Assembly (NCBI RefSeq): GCF_001194135.2
Contig: NC_068988.1
Location: 90,226,688-90,290,687 of the forward strand
Reading direction: 5' to 3'
Source: Octopus bimaculoides
Lineage: Eukaryota
DNA length: 64,000 nt
Shown in pieces: positions 63,585-64,000 of this stretch. How positions within the stretch are numbered: the first letter of the stretch is position 1; every line of letters begins with the position of its first letter. The notes under the pieces were generated by a model. That model was not told the origin of the DNA. It made no database searches and saw nothing but the letters and a program-made list of their open reading frames with translations. A program made the translations under genes and the position numbers.

Positions 63585-63905
63585 CTGACACTCTGTCGCT
63601 CACGACGAGGGTTCCAGTTGATCGAATCAGCGGTACAACCAGCTGGTGAAATTAACGTGCATGTGGCTGAGCACTCCACAGACACGCGTACCCTTAACGT
63701 AGTTGTCAAGGAGATTCAGCGTGACACAGTATGTGACATGGCTGGGACTTTGAAATACACGTACTAACTCACTTTTGTCAGCTGAGTGGACTGGAGCAAG
63801 GTGAAATAAAGTGTCTTGCTCAAGAACACAACGAGTCGCTGTGAGTTGAAATCATGACCTTATAGTCATGAGCCGAATACCCTAAGCGATAAGCAACATG
63901 CTTTC
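63585..63905 (-). mobile_element. tRNA-derived SINE sharing its 3' about 180 bp with the 42551-42940 SINE but with a different body
   Basis: GAGGGTTCCAGTTGATC, GCACTCCACAGACAC, TTCAGCGTGACACAG shared; diverges after TTTGAA.TAC. Confidence 0.85.
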
Positions 63906-64000
63906 ACAATTTCTACATATACATGAGTATTAAAAGTGATCTTCAGAATATAGTACGAATGTGAGAAACGGAGAGGCACAAAAGAATAGATTAAATAAAG

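Overview
AT-rich, microsatellite-saturated eukaryotic genomic DNA with 17 N-gaps (about 6.4 kb, roughly 10%). The SINE families, repeat density and gap pattern resemble an octopod cephalopod short-read assembly (probably Octopus; inference, not verified). There is no intact protein-coding gene, rRNA, functional tRNA or CRISPR array, and most ORFs in the track are microsatellite or N-gap artefacts. Recognisable content is a decayed mobilome: one CR1-like LINE (ORF1 end, APE, RT), five R4/Dong-type RLE-LINE fragments (all minus strand, mostly abutting microsatellites), two mariner and one D37D maT-type transposase remnants, many tRNA-derived SINEs, two Helitron-like 3' ends and Penelope-like terminal repeats. 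A few short host-exon candidates are listed at low confidence. I cannot confirm a new biological system. The best leads are: (1) a tRNA-headed SINE-like unit linked to a hammerhead-ribozyme-like core (18.3-18.6 kb) plus a second minimal hammerhead-like motif (39.9 kb); (2) two long inverted-repeat pairs (15.2-16.1 kb; 42.4-44.3 kb, one arm split by a SINE with a 12-bp TSD); (3) a 64-bp near-perfect palindrome beside a dimeric minisatellite (48.5-48.8 kb); (4) serial RLE-LINE insertion into trinucleotide tracts.
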